The notes below the pieces were generated by a model. That model worked only from the letters and a program-made list of their open reading frames with translations, had not been told where the DNA came from and ran no database searches. From the NCBI GenBank assembly GCA_904063045.1, contig CAJFCJ010000008.1:186001-250000 (forward strand): 64,000 bases of DNA, read 5' to 3'. Position 1 is the first letter of the stretch. Every line of letters starts with the position of its first letter. The position numbers and the translations under genes are program-made. The stretch comes from Dimorphilus gyrociliatus. Lineage: Eukaryota; Animalia; Annelida. Shown here piece after piece: positions 36,837-51,578 of the stretch.

Positions 36837-39800
36837 AACTTTTAGTCTTAATTAGACGTCCACAATCGTAGAAAGTGGACTTAATGAATTAAAATGTCAG
36901 AGATTAGAATCCAACAAAAGCGTTTCAGGAATATAAATTCTGAACAGTGACAGAAACTTAGTTAAAAGAGTTAATAAATCTAAAATTTTCTCCTCATTGT
37001 CTGTCGAACATCGATATATGAACGCTAAAGCCAGTACTGTTTGTCAACCTGTCTACTTCATCAGTAAAAACGTCAATGGAACTATAGCAATAAATCCGCT
37101 TGTTTGTCAGCCCTATATATACATATATTTATACATATATATATATATATACATTTATATATATATATATATTTATAAATACATACTTGTATATATACTT
37201 ATTTCTTTTTATGCTCTCTATATTCACTTTACTGGAAAATAATTGGAAAAAACACTAAAGGAAATATCCAAAATTTTGGAGTTAGACGAAAAGCAACTGC
37301 CATATGATGACGTTGGAAAAGTCATTCTGTACCTCTCTAAAGGCATTAATATTCATTTATGTAGGCGAATGAACGCTCCCGAAACATTTCTCCGCAGATA
37401 AAAGAACGTCTACTTGATAGGCGCTCATGTCTATAAGTACTTTTACGTAAGTAGGAAAAAAATTTCAAAAGACAGTTAGTACTATTTATAAATTTATCAC
37501 AATTAACCGAGTACAGTTAACCATGAAATATTTTTTGTTCATAAAAGTTAAGGACACTTCCTATACAGTGGTTGGAAGCTCCTTTCAAGTTACATCATAG
37601 GCTTATAAATACCTAGCTAATACAGATATAAAAAAGTCAGTAGGAATTCATTTCCTTCTGATATATATATATATATATATATCTGTATTAAAGATAAAAA
37701 GAATACTAATATATTTAACAACTATCAAGCTTAATTGGGTATGCCTTAGTCTATTAGATTATAGATGGAGCATCAAATGCCTAAAAATCTAGCGAACTTT
37801 AAGCCGTAAAGAGAAAATTTATCTAGAAGTTTTGTGTCATCTCTTGATTACAAAGAATCCAACTATCTGTAATACTATGAAATAAATCTAATGTAAACAT
37901 TACAGCACTTGATCATTAGTTTTTTTTCTTTTTTTCTCTTCTCTCTCTCTCTGTTGCTCTCTCTGTTGCTCTCAATCCTTCTTTCTTTCTTTTCTCTCTC
38001 TTTGTCATACGTTCTAAATGCATGCATACCTCAAACACATAGGATTTTTGTGGCTTTTTTTTTAGTTGCAAAGATTAATTGAAGATGACATCTTCATTAA
38101 TAAATTTTTCTATATTTTGGAAAGTTTTACTAATTATCTTTTATTACGCAAAAGATCTAAGCAGCAGACGAAATATTAATATATTACACCATACGGTTAA
38201 ATTTATATATTGACATGCATAATGAATACTTTCACCATGTTTTGAATCGATATTGCACTTTAAGTATCGGTTTGCGAATGTCAGATTAAGCGCAAGAAAT
38301 GTATAGTAGATATTTTTAAAGATAAACGATAGATGGCAGCATACTCTTATGATATTCGTAACGGACACTTTGAAAGCGTATAATGTATAATAACCAAACA
38401 ATCGATGTTAAATAAAATAATTAGCTAAAAGCAGCTGATTTATAAATGAAGACTTTACACATCAGTCGCCATCGCAGTAATCTTAATACTTTAATATATG
38501 CAATTATATATATACACATATAACATCATCGCCTAAACATATGTACGCATCTAATAAATACAAAGTAATTGAGGAACTCTGTGTGACTGTACACAAATTA
38601 TATTTAAATATACGTTTGCGCCTTTTCTTTCACAACTTCAGTACAACTAGGGAGTGGACATCTATTTTTCACAAATAAGAAGATTATGCTGTTTTTATAA
38701 GCTGTAGTTTTATAAGTATAAAATACCTTTGATTTATTTAGCTATAAGTATAGTCTTAGCTAAAAGAATGGGTATTGTATGCTTAGAGTAAACTCTATAT
38801 TGGATATTTGGCATGATCATTATGGAATTTATTCCCTGGGTAGATAGCCTTCCTGTCAGGTATATAATAATTCATATAATTCGGTATCAAATCGAAATCG
38901 GCTCACGAAGAACTAAATGATTCACCTGTACATTTCATGAAAGACTGTGGAAAATTGTCTTGAAAAACACTTCCTGTTTGTTCCTATCCCCTAAGCTAGT
39001 CCCATAATTATTCCATATAACTTAATTAAATGTACATGAGAAAAATATATACAGTATATATATACTAATATACTGTATATATATATATATAACTATATGT
39101 ATAAACACATCAATATATATGTCAGCATGTGTACTGTGGAAATTAATATATAGATACTTTTGAACTTTTACACACAAGGAAAGCGTATAAAGGCATAAAT
39201 TCATAAATAAAAGAAAACTACAATATTTATAATAAAATACTCATGTACCAAATGTGCGTATGTATTCATGTGATTTTTTGTCTGAAACAGATGTTATTTA
39301 CAGATAATGCGTACTTAAACAACGTTTACCTATTTTAAACTATTCGTGAGAGTACTACAAAATTTTATGGTAAATAGAAAAGTGTCTTCTTTTATTTTAC
39401 TCTACTTTTCTCTTTACTTTCTAATGACCCCATTTCTATGAAAAAAAATAGAACTAACTCCAAAAGAATCTTCTTATTTTGGTATGGTATGATATGACTA
39501 AAGGCTAAACACGGTTTAGAGTCTGTTATACGATCGTTTTCCATTAAAGAAACAGTTATAAAATGCAAACAGTTGCCTATAGAAGTGAATATCGAAAGTT
39601 ATTTGTTGATATAAAGTCCAAGACAATTGCCAAGGGGTTACTGTATATAATTTGCTTATTTAACTATGCAAATTACAATCCTAATCCCTAGATTTTTATC
39701 CTTTCAAAGAGGAAATTTCCTATTTTAAAGTTGGAAATCTGAAAACGAATCGTCAATTCCTATAGGCATTTTTCATAGACAAGTATCTTCTCTTTGAATC

Positions 39801-40416
39801 TCTTTTAATGAATTAATTTTATAAGTATTGATGTTTTTTTATCCAAAGTTCCGATTTTACGCCAAAAAAATTTCTATCAAGTACTAAATTACAAGAAATA
39901 ACTTTTTGGAATAGAGCATGTTTTATCTAAGATAGAAAGAGAGAGAGAGAGAGAGAGAAAGGAAGAAGGGGAATGGGAGTGGCGGGAAAGAATTGGGATA
40001 TGGGGAAAGATAGTGTACACTGATGAAAAATGAAAGAATATATACTCTAATTTAACTTTATGGTACCTGTTTAAAAGGTTCTTTTACTTTTACGAGTTTA
40101 ACATATATCTAAATTGTGTCAAAATAAATTAAATAACGAGCTTTTTCTCTTGTAATTAATTTAATAAAGAGAATTAAAGTAGTATTTACACTCAATTTAT
40201 GATCATGATCACTGCAGAAAAATAAAGAGAGGATTTATGGTTAGATGTCCGTGCAGATAATTAAAGATTACTTTACGGTTAATAAATTTTATATAGAATC
40301 AAAGAGTAAGAGAGTAAATGGACGAATAAAGTTTTTTTTAAGGCTAAATGAAACAAACTGATATGACTTTATGTAAAATTCAGTATAAAAAGATCGATGA
40401 ACTTGGGTAGTGCAAA

Positions 40417-40420
<4 letters not shown>

Positions 40421-40448
<28 letters not shown>
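40421..40448. repeat. (CT)14 microsatellite
   Basis: Read directly. Confidence 0.95.
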
Positions 40449-40450
<2 letters not shown>

Positions 40451-41106
40451 TTCGCTCTCTCGTTCTATCTAACAGTCTTTAAATATCTAAATATTTCCTT
40501 CTCTATTTCTCTTTCTTTTCCTCCTTCTTTCTTCCTTTCTGTCATTCACTCAATCATATTCTTATTTTCGCTTTCTTTTCCTACTTACAAAAATATTTTT
40601 CTCTTTCTCACTCTATTTCCGGTAGATTTTTCTTTCAGTATACTTAAAACAATAAGAAGGTAAAGGATAAATGTCAACACAAGCTTAGCCGCTAATATTA
40701 TAGTCCTGTTATTTTTTTTGGACAAACTTCGACTTCCAGCATTGGAACGAAGAGAAGACGGGATAAAAGACAATCAATACTTTGTTCGTCCAACTATATC
40801 AGATAAACAATATAATTTGCTCGCATAAAAAAATGTAAAGTCTGTCAATAATCAATGCATTATAGACTCGATTATACATCGTCTCTGTTTATTATTAGGC
40901 CTGTTAGAAAGAAAAAGGGAGGAGTTTGAAAGATAAAGACTAGTGGAAATGAAGTAGAACTACGGTTCCTTCTCTTTTCCTTTTTCCTTTCGAAACCAAA
41001 TTTGACGCATACGTATAACTCGTTATATTTGCCTTTCGGCTAAAACCGGATAAGGAATGACTAGACAGTAAAAAATTCCTTTTTTCTTGTCTTCGATCGT
41101 AAACTG

Positions 41107-41115
41107 GCGCATGCG
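41107..41115. promoter_or_regulatory. NRF1/EWG-like GCGCATGCG element
   Basis: Similar elements occur at 41968-41978 (ACGCATGCGCA) and 45550-45557 (CGCATGCG), all in CpG-richer patches upstream of the KChIP core. Confidence 0.4.
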
Positions 41116-42399
41116 TATATCTAGTTTAAGTCTACTAAAACAGTGCATGTGTCCGGTCTACTACGACTCCATAACATGTCAGTAAATAAATTACTCAATC
41201 GGACCTACTTTACTCGGACAGCTATTTTTTATTACGAACCTCTTTTCTTCTTCAAACTATAATTCCTTTTACTTCAAGTACATAATGATGTCCAACTAAT
41301 CACATTCCGCTTATTGGGCCTATATTAATACTAGAAGAGTGAAAGAGAGAAAGAAAGAAATGAAAGAAGTATTTAAAAAATAAAGGGAAAAGAAAGGTTT
41401 TGTAGTCCAATTTCTTATATATTCTATTCATTATAAAATAAGTCTTTTCGAATCCAAAATTGGATAGATTATAATCTATACTCAAATCCTGAAAAGCGGT
41501 TTGTAAGTTCATTTCGCACTCGAAAGTTTCACGTTGCCTCCATTAAACACTCTAATTGTCTGTCACATGCGACAGCGTATTTTTCATAGGTGATAAACTA
41601 GTCATGGAGTATTTCACTGTTGCTTCATCTCCTTCTCCGTACTCTCTAGTACTTTTGCTCACTCAACGTCTCTTTACCCTTCCCTACTCTATCCCTCTCT
41701 CTCTCTCTTTTCTTGTCGTTGTTATTCATTGTAGTTTTTTTCACTTCAGCTCTTCCACACTTGCTTTTAGCTTTCTTTTCCCCTTTCTTCTTATTTTCAT
41801 TAGGGAAGATTGCGGAGCGATAAACGACCCATATAAATGTGGCGTTCGTATAGATTAATTTAAATGGATTGTAGGCGTAAGCCAGCAGTCGCTTTTAAAC
41901 GTGATCAAGTAGGTACAGCGTCTACGATTACATCGCTTCCCCTTCCCGATTGTTATAAAGGAGTCGTACGCATGCGCACTAAAGTTTGATTTAAAAGTAA
42001 GAATCCGGTGTCAAACTGTCATTAACAAATATAAATATACTGCATTATACACGTATGTATATACACACAAGCCGGTCTATTTAGACGAATATATATATAT
42101 ATATATATATTTGCTATCCGGTTTCGATCCGACGCTATACATGATAGACGGTAGGAACCTTTGGCCTATGATCAATAGATTAAGAGCGAATATAGTACAT
42201 CTTATAGTAGTTCAATAGGGAAGAATATAATTAAGAATAGACAATGCCCTTTACTCTTTAAGCCGATCGAATAAAATAAATATAAAGGCAAAATATAGAC
42301 ACTAGCTCCGAGCGTTCATAAAAAGAGTCCACATGAAAAATATATCCGTCGGAATTATAATAAAACACTGTAGAAACAATCAATAGAAAAAAACTTTAC

Positions 42400-42469
42400 C
42401 ATTCTTTTCGCCAAACACTCCGTGTTTCGTGAAATAGGAATGTAACCTTTTTAATTTTCCTCGTAACAT
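42400..42469 (-). CDS. KChIP candidate alternative first coding exon E (MLRGKLKRLHSYFTKHGVFGEKN)
   Basis: Pyrimidine-rich acceptor (ctttag at 42482) 12 nt before the ATG; 23 codons + G; donor ATG|GTAAAG in phase 1. Shares an RL-S-F-KH pattern with exon A. Confidence 0.5.
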
Positions 42470-45400
42470 CCGAATTTCTTTCTAAAGTGATCAATGAAAG
42501 GAAGACAAACGAGCCTCAAACGGACAATGCATCATTGTAGACTTTCAATCCTGACGCGTTTATATTTAATAAATTTATTCCTAAGGTTTTGATAAAAAAA
42601 AAAAGCACAAAATAATCTTTTTCAACAAGTTTCTCTTTAAACGAAAATAACGCCGCCGTCTATAAAGCTGAATGTGTAATAACATAGGACAAGTACAGCA
42701 AGTGGGGGGCGACACCTGTTGGTCGATTCTCTCAATGAATTTATGATGAAAGTCTATGCTGAATGTCAATTAAGCGCCATAGGCTATTTATTTTTAGCGG
42801 GAAAAAATATGAGACGAAAAACTGGTAAAAATAAATCAGAGTTACGGGTCATAACGCAGTCGTTTCAGGTCAGTTAGGCCTACACAATCTGCATTATTGC
42901 GGAGCGAACAGCGTGACGACGGCAATTTTTTGCGGTTCTTACAGCAATTTAAGCAATAAAGACAGGGAAAAAAGAATCTGAGAAGAGACAGGAAAAGGCG
43001 GCATCTGGCATTTTGTGGCTTGAGTGATTAGCAAGCAAGAAAGGAGCATCTTGTCCTTTTACATAATCTCTACGTTAGTTATTTATAACCTTTATATAGG
43101 CTTTCTATTCTCTTCTCTTCCGATTATGATTAGGATTTTGATATTGTATTGAATTTTAAAAAATTGTCTTTCCCACTTTTCTATTTTCAATTCTAATTTG
43201 CGAATTTCCAATTCTATTCTTTTCGGTGGTTAGATATTTATCGCTATGGACGAATGATTTTTAAACAGATGCAAAATTTCTCATTGATATAAGATAACTA
43301 TATACACCTCTGTCCAATTTTCCTCCTCTCCTTCTTTTTAACTGTTTTCAGCCTACTCCTTCCCTTTTCTTTCCTTCACAGTATCTTCAAGCAACAAGCC
43401 TATACTCTTTTCTTATACGTTAATAGCCGATGAAGTGTCAGATTTAATTACTAAACACTTTCTTTACAGATTACTTGATATTTGTGTTGGAATATTTGTT
43501 CAATGATTACTTAAGGTCGAAAATTTCGCTCCCTTTCTATGATATCTTAGTCGTGCTATTGGAGGAAATCGAGTTAAGGACTGCAGATAAGTTTTTTCAA
43601 TTTGAAAAATGAGATGAAGCAAAGCAATGAACCAAAGAAACTAGATACAATTTTTATCAGCTTGCATTAAAATGGAGGTAACAGTAAAGAAGTAATATAA
43701 AAGGAATGTAAAGTAACTTTTTAAAGAAAAAGGCAATGTGTATATATAAATAACAAATTAAGAAAAACTACCAAAATTTTAAGAAAACCTGATTTAATTT
43801 CGTCAACATCGAACACTAGCATCTTTTCATCTTGTATTCTCTAATTTTCAATTGAATATTTAATAATTTAATCAAACTAACTCCTGATAAGAATATTAGG
43901 TGAATTTAAAGGGGAAAAAGAGCATATAGTTTTAAAACATAGACTCTGCAAAGGGGACAAGAAAGTAAATTCTCTATGCTCACTGGTGGAATAGATAGTA
44001 ATGGCTAGGAATTGAAAAACAAAAAAGAAAAATTATCCGCTTCTCTTTAGTCATTTTGTCGGCATTGAGTTCAATTTCAAAGAAACTTAGTGAAAACTTA
44101 ATTAGCTTAAGTAAAAATAGACTGATGGGAAATGTTAATATTATTAAATTGCACACTTTAGATCTACTTTACAGCTTTTCTATTAAAGGATATTATTTTA
44201 AATAATTGTTAACATATCATATCATTTAGGAAAGGTCAAAGGACAACTTCAGAAGAAACGCCCCATGGATTAAACAGAAAAACAGCGGAAGTTTCAGTAA
44301 AAGGATGAAAAGAAAATCTGAAGCAAAGAAACAAAGGCGAGCTGGTGTGGAAGAGCAAAATTGGTAAAACTAAGAGACAATCGCAGCTCCTAGAGGCCTA
44401 CTCTCACAAGAGTTTCTGACGCCTAAATGCTCTCTCTGTTCTCCCTTTACTCTTACTTACATAAATAGACTTTTAAGAGGGGAAGGGAATCGGCTTTCTA
44501 TTCTCCGAAAACGGAGTGTATCGAACGTTTTTTTCCTTCTCTCTGGCTCTAATTACCTTCTCTTAAGCATTTACGACAAGGAAACTAAGTTAGCGGCTTG
44601 AAGCGGGAGCGAATTAACGAGGACACTGTAGTAGTCAACACGGAGAAATTCGCATGGGAACCGTGTAGTCAACGTCCTCATTTCCTCTCCTGTCGGTTCC
44701 ACAAAGCAGAAATCTTTTCTGCTTCACGTATCTGATAATGGCATCTTTTCATCAATTGGGCCGGCTGGTCAAGGAAAGGAAAGGTATATAGGAAAAGAGA
44801 AAGACAAGCGATTTTGCTTATACGATCGAAGCCTATCTTACACGACATTACTTCGAAAAGGAAATCCGTAGAAAGACATAAAGAAGTAGTAGTAGTAGTG
44901 GTAGTAGTACTAGAAGCCAACGTCTACAACAATCGATAAGGAATCCTCCGGAATTTTTAATTTTTGCCCATTTCTTATTGATCTATTTCTCCAGCTAATA
45001 ATTATACTTAGTAGAAAATAATGAGAAACAAATAATACTAAATATCCTTTTCGAATAGTAAAATCTCAACCACCAGGCTAAATATTGGAACAATTAGCCG
45101 GAAGAAAAGTGCGAAAGCTAGACTAGGTGAAACTGGAGAAAGAAACCTAATTATTTCCTTGAGATGTATTTTCCGAGTTTTTTCTCTTACTACCATCCAT
45201 TTATTCAGTTTTTTCTAGTGAAGCTCCCTCCTTCTAGGAAACCATTTGATATACCTCCCTCCGAAATTATTGAAATATAAGGTATATATGCAATATATAT
45301 CTAACAGTATGAGTATATTCTGACTCTCTATATATATACTTTTTACTGAAATAGTGTAAGATATATATATATATATATATATATATACAGTATATACACT

Positions 45401-48400
45401 AATATATATACTGTATATAGACTGTATAATATATTATTTTGTGTTTGATAACTGTTTTTTTTCACTCGGAATAGACTATTAATATTCCGGTTTAGCTTTA
45501 CAGTATTACAGTTTATTTGTCAGTATATTACCCGGTCACTATAATATTTCGCATGCGTCTGACGTGACACTTGTTTCTTTTGTCATGTCATCACTTGTAT
45601 GTTTTTACCTACTCGGTCCCATTTCAATTATGATTATTTCTTCTGTCATACTCATCTTTTACAAATTACCCAATAAATTCTAGATATAGTTTTCTTTCGT
45701 GAAAAACTAACTCTACGAAAAGAGAACACTCAGCTACCTTCTGAGTTTTCTATTTGAAATAAGTTAAAAAAGGTTCATTTACAAAAGTTTGATTTCTTCT
45801 GTTAGCCTTTTTTCCATTATAGTATTCTTACTTAAAAACAGCTAATCAGAAGACTTACAAATTGACGCCAACTACCACTATAAGAAAGAGAGAAGAAAAA
45901 GAGTAGCGCTATAGCGTTTAAAGGGTTCGTTTTAGACTTTAAAAAGTAATTCCCTATCATCCACTCTATTACCCTGGTAAAGAGACTTGTTTAAATTTAT
46001 ACCGTCTTATGGCAGATTAGAGATAAGTGTTTTAATACCTGAAAACAATTATTCTAACCTTATGAAGAAAACATGACTATATGTAAACATATCTGTGTAT
46101 TGGGAGATATTTACATTAGTCATCATTTTTTTATTTCTAATCGAAATATAGTAATTGGTTGCCTAATAATAGTATATAGCATATATAGCTATATTTACAT
46201 TGTTAGCATATATGTTATATAAATATAGAGTACATATACATATAGAGAAAGACACAGAGTGAGAGAGATAGAGAGAGAGAGAAACATAGAGAGAGAGAGA
46301 CATAGAGAGAGACAGAGAAAAAAAAAGAGAGGAAAAAAGGCAGAATATCATGTCTTTGTTGCAGTCGTTAAATTATGTATGCGTATATAAATTACGAAAC
46401 ATAAACGTAAATCTAATTAAGGTATATTTTCAAAATTAAAAATTACTTTTGTCAATTTTTTATGTAAATTACAAGAAATTTTTTTTCGATATTTCTAGAA
46501 GCCAAAAAAATATTACAACGTAGGCTGAAGTAACGCCTAATGAAAGAGCGTCTTGTTATAAAAAGAGATTTTCCCTGTTATTGGCACCTTGGGCAGATTT
46601 AGCGGATCGTATTATGAGATATTGACAAGAAGATTCATATGCTGCTAAAAGCCATCTAGTAATCATTGTACGTGGATTCTTTGATTACGTAGTGCATGAT
46701 TGCACAAAACGGATTGAGATATCTCATCGGAAGGAAAAACAAGGGGGAAAAAATGCCATTCAAACAAGTTGCATAATTCATTATGTTCCACTTATCATTG
46801 ATTTCTTTATAGCGGTCCTTAAAGATGGATCTAGTTAATTCTGAGACGGATCGTACATATGGGAATTGTCATATAAAACAATGTAAGAATGAAGGAAAGT
46901 GAAAGGAAAAAAAGTAAAATATACAGTAAAAAGAATCTACAATTTATCAGAATCTCCTCCTCTTCCTCTACTTCTTCTTCTTCAATTTAATTGATTTTTT
47001 TATTATAAATAACACGAATAAAAAAAATATTTGTAAAAATAGAGATATTTATAAATATTTACTCCAAATATTCACGTATATATATATACATCAATGTTTA
47101 GAGTAAATAAATCTAAAAATATATATTTATCCATACCCATTTACGACTCACTTTAAAGCGTATAATCTTTAACTTAAAAAAAAACTACTTGTCTAAACTA
47201 TATAGCCATAAAGAATAAAAATCCTTTAGAATTGATTTTTGCAGTGATAATTATAAATTATTCATAATAGAATAAGTTGCTAATAATAGTGTAGCTACCT
47301 ACTGTTTTGAAAATTCTTTCCTGAGTGAAATTCCTTTTTTTTTTGTCTAAAAAGAGAATATATTTATTTATATCCTTTACAAAACTGCTATTATCAAACT
47401 TGTATACTTCTTTTAGGTTAATTTTTGAACAGGATGTATATAAAAATAAACCTAACAGTTCTATTTTAATGTAGAATAGGAATTTTTACAATATACTAAT
47501 GATTAAGATCTCTATTACGTTTCTTTCTCCCCGTTTCGCTCTATTTTCCCTACTCTCTTTTAGAATGATTAACAGGGATAAAAAGATTTTTGCTAATTAA
47601 AATATATTACCAATAAATTGATGAATAACAGTTAAAAATTACGTTAACAGACTTTCCATATAAGAGTTTATTAATATACTCTAGCAGAAATTCAGATAAT
47701 GTGATTATAGGTGTTATATCTGTATAGTCTTTTGTAGCAAATGTAGAAAAGCTTGCTTTGTATCATGAAAAATTAAACTATGAAATGTTACATTAACTAA
47801 GTTACGGCTGAACATTAATGTACATGAAGAGACAAAAATGCAACAGGAAGCTGTTTCCCCCATGGCTGTTTGTCGACCTTCTCTAGTCGAGGCAGGTTTG
47901 TCACTGATTTTTAATGAGAGTCACTCTTTTTTTTTCATTCGAAATTTAATGAGGAAGAAAAACGTTTTAAACTAAACACATAAAATACTAGACAGAGAAC
48001 CAACGAAAGCACCGGATGAATACGTCATACTATCATTTCATCTTCTTTTATCCTATTCTGTAACGCTTAATCTCATCTCCTGTCAGTCATTGTACCCACC
48101 GAATATATCTTGCTTTATAAATTTTAGCCTTACCATCGCTCTTTTCAATATTTTAACTTGTCAAATGCAACAAGGAATTTATCATTTGTAAATGAGTTTA
48201 AAAGGCTTTTACTGCTTTCTTGTCGGAAGGGAGAGAAACAGTGGGTGTTGGAATATAAAAGATTGCCTCAAAAAAGATAGCAGAGAAGAGTGAAGATAAA
48301 AAAATAAGCAATGAAAAATATTTCATAAAGCAGCTGCGCAACAGACCCTAGTTTTTCTTTCCGATCAATTTATTCAGTTGGAGACTGCAAATTGTCAACA

Positions 48401-51400
48401 GAATATTGACGAAAGCCGTTTTACTGTCGCGAAAGGAGTATATTCAAACTAGATGGCAGTGTTATCTGAGATGTTTTCTTCATGCTCTCATGCTCATCTT
48501 TTTATATTTAAAGATAACTGAATATAGGCGTCTGCACCCTTTGAACTCGACCTCAAACTTTCAATGAAAACATTTTTATCTTTTAGTAAATAGACTTTTT
48601 GCCAATTAAGTAACGCTAATCGCTAAGTTTTTTCGATCTGCATACGTTTTACTCAAATTGCACCTTCCTTCAATGGGTAATTCTATCATGCACAATCATG
48701 AAAAATGAACGTGAAGTGGTCAACAATTTACTCGGAAAATTCATTCATGGAAATGAATAACTCTGTAAATTCTTTGAAAGATTACAGGGGAAGTTAGATA
48801 TACTGTTGAGTTATGAAAAGAACCTATCACAATTGTCATATAGAGAGGGAAATTTTGATGATTTAGACCTTCAGGCGGTAGATGGCATAAATCATGATCA
48901 AGCAAGCAGAGAATCAAATGACACAAAGGAAACCGGCTCATTTTTTATTGTTAGACCATCTAGATTTTATTTACTTACATAAAAAATATTATAAAAGTAA
49001 GGAATAATTCGTGCAAGTTATTAGTTGCTCATTTTGAAATTCTCTTTAGTGGCTGATAAGTAATTACAATATTCCATTCCCATATGTTCACTTTAATACA
49101 TTAGCATGAATCTAAATGAATATGTATGGTAGAATGACACAGGGGACACAAAAAGCAAGACAGAGAGAAAGAGAGAGGGAGAAATCTGGGGGAAAAAGAG
49201 AGACAGGCAGATTAATATCTATAAGTAACTTATTCGTCTTTCCTCAAAAAATACATCTCTCAGGTGAATATCTTAATAAGAAGGATAAATAAATTTAGAC
49301 ACTTTATAGCTTCCTTAAAAGGTCATCGCTCTAATTATTCATCTACATATATACCTCGCTAGCAAATTCTTTTTGCCGCACATACAGATTATTCACTTGA
49401 GGATTGCCGGCTAAGGATTTTACCTAAAACTAATAAAACATTTCTTAGAAATGCTAGTAAATAACCTAAAAACCATTTCGGATCCTTACGTTGAAGCATT
49501 AACGGGTAAAAAGAGGAATAAAAAAGGAAGAAATAGAAAATTCCTTTACAAAAATTTGCTCATTCTTTCCCTAAAAACTTTGGATTAATGGAATAAACAT
49601 CAGAGAGTAGGACTAATGAGGGACAAACTCAAAGAAAATAACCGCTTAGATATCGGATTAGGAAAATGAAATGTCCTTCTTTTCATTTTGTCTTGGCATT
49701 AATATCGCCTTCAAATTCGTGTTGTGGATGATAGCAGAAAGATTAGAAAAATGGATCCGTTTCCTTTTTCACATCTTCAAATGGAGCCAGCGGCCTAAAG
49801 CTGTTATTAGTAGTCTCATCCCTAAGAGATTTGAGTAGGAAATGTCACCTGCCTCAAACGATTATTAGCCAATTAGTCTGAGATTTCTTTCGATAAAAAA
49901 ATGGTTCCTTTTAAGTCAACCCCTTTATCTTTCCTATTTTTCATGTTAAAAATAAATTACGACAACCAAGTAGCGAATAGTGCACAATTACCGCCAGAAA
50001 AATTTAATAGTTTTTTGGTTTTGTACTCATTTGCCTAATTGCGGGAAATTTTTCCCGATAACCTATTTCTCATTATTCAATTACGCTAATCCGTTCGTCA
50101 TATACACTTACGCCTCCTACGCATTACTGCTGTTATACGATTTTAAGTAGTTTTCTCTGCCTTTGACTTTCTTCTCTCGGAATTGGATTTTTGTTTGATC
50201 AATAGATGGCGTATCAGAGTGAAAGAATTTGCTCGTCAACTATCTCTTTGATTACGTCGACAAGAATGTTACAAAAATTGTAAAGTGAAACGAGCAAATA
50301 CTATACTGAGTGATTTTAGTTTTTATTATTCCTGTCCTTTAGTTCGTTACGCCCCTATGCCATTTTAGAGAGAGAGGGACGCTTAGACGAAATACTAACA
50401 TTTTGATTGTAGTTTTAAGGATGTAGAGGTCGCTTTTGTATATGTCTTTTAGCCACCTACTGTTTTTTTATGTTGTAATAAAATCTAGTGAAGAATTAAT
50501 AAGTTAAAGGACTGTAAATTAGGCTTACAGCATAACAAAACTGACTTTTACTTTAATCAACTTTAACACGTTGAAATATGCTCATCCGGGGACAAAGTAA
50601 AGGGCAAAAAGAAATGACACTGGATTTATCAACCCTCTCGGTAAACATGGCTAATCCCATGGGTAGTATTTCGCCTTGGAGCTTCGTTTCTCACCTAACC
50701 CACTTTCGTTACTATTCTAAATACAATGAATATCTAAAAGTTTATCCGGAGAGCTAAGACCTAATCTCAAAGTATACCAGGCCCATAGAGCTTTCCGAAA
50801 ACAATCATTTACGCCCAAGGACAAAACGAAAGATCAGAGAGAAAAATAAAGTTGCTTCTTAGTTAAATATCTATAACTATCATTCTTGCTTAAACGTTAA
50901 ATTATCAATTTAAATCATTATATTAATAATTTAAACAGTCTTTTAGTAAGATTTCATAACGCAATTTTTATTTAATTATGATAATTAAAACAAACTATTT
51001 ATTCGCTTTGAATTATTAGATAGAATAAATTTTACTGCTGACACTTTCTATATTCGCCTGCCATATAAAATTTCAATAAATTTTCCTTTAGCTAAGCTAA
51101 TTATTTAATCATGTCACTAGTTATTTGTCACTTGCTCAACGGCTTATAGCTCAAGATTTATACATGGGTGGGCCAGATGAAAAACTGCAGATGCATTCCT
51201 TACGTTCTACAAGTCACGTAAATTTTGTTCATAGGCTCCACGTAGAGAGAGAGAAACGTAAATATATAATTGTTAATAAAAGTATGTAATTTGACAATTT
51301 TTAACTTGATATCATTAAAAATGAAGGATGGTTTATTAACTAAAAATTGTATAGTTTTCTATGGAAAATATTACTTCCATTCTCGTTGTAAACCTACTCT

Positions 51401-51432
51401 CAATGTCATATAAACAAACGTGAAGACGATAG

Positions 51433-51446
51433 TCTCTCTCTCTCTC

Positions 51447-51480
<34 letters not shown>
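51433..51480. repeat. Compound (CT)n-(TA)15 microsatellite upstream of the LOXL start
   Basis: Read directly; it explains the spurious N-terminal extension of ORF 51420. Confidence 0.95.
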
Positions 51481-51484
<4 letters not shown>

Positions 51485-51578
51485 GCATATACATGTTCAG
51501 ATTTTAGTTGATCTGTTAAAATATATATGTGCTCCAGTCGGAAAGCATATTGAAAGCATTCGTACTAGACTGTATATT

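Noticed and set aside
43684-43713. Partial miR-1-like words (also a miR-92-like 10-mer at 38251)
   Set aside because: The matches break after 10-11 nt and there is no complementary arm for a hairpin.
44556-48134. Chain of an exon ending in ATG (donor about 48133) plus mini-exon FPCRKCLRE (about 44583-44556) giving MFPCRKCLRE-KChIP
   Set aside because: Needs two unverified junctions and is easily produced by chance.
48741-48941. ORF MSRFPLCHLILCLL.. as a first exon
   Set aside because: Only a weak GTCTAA donor and no other support.
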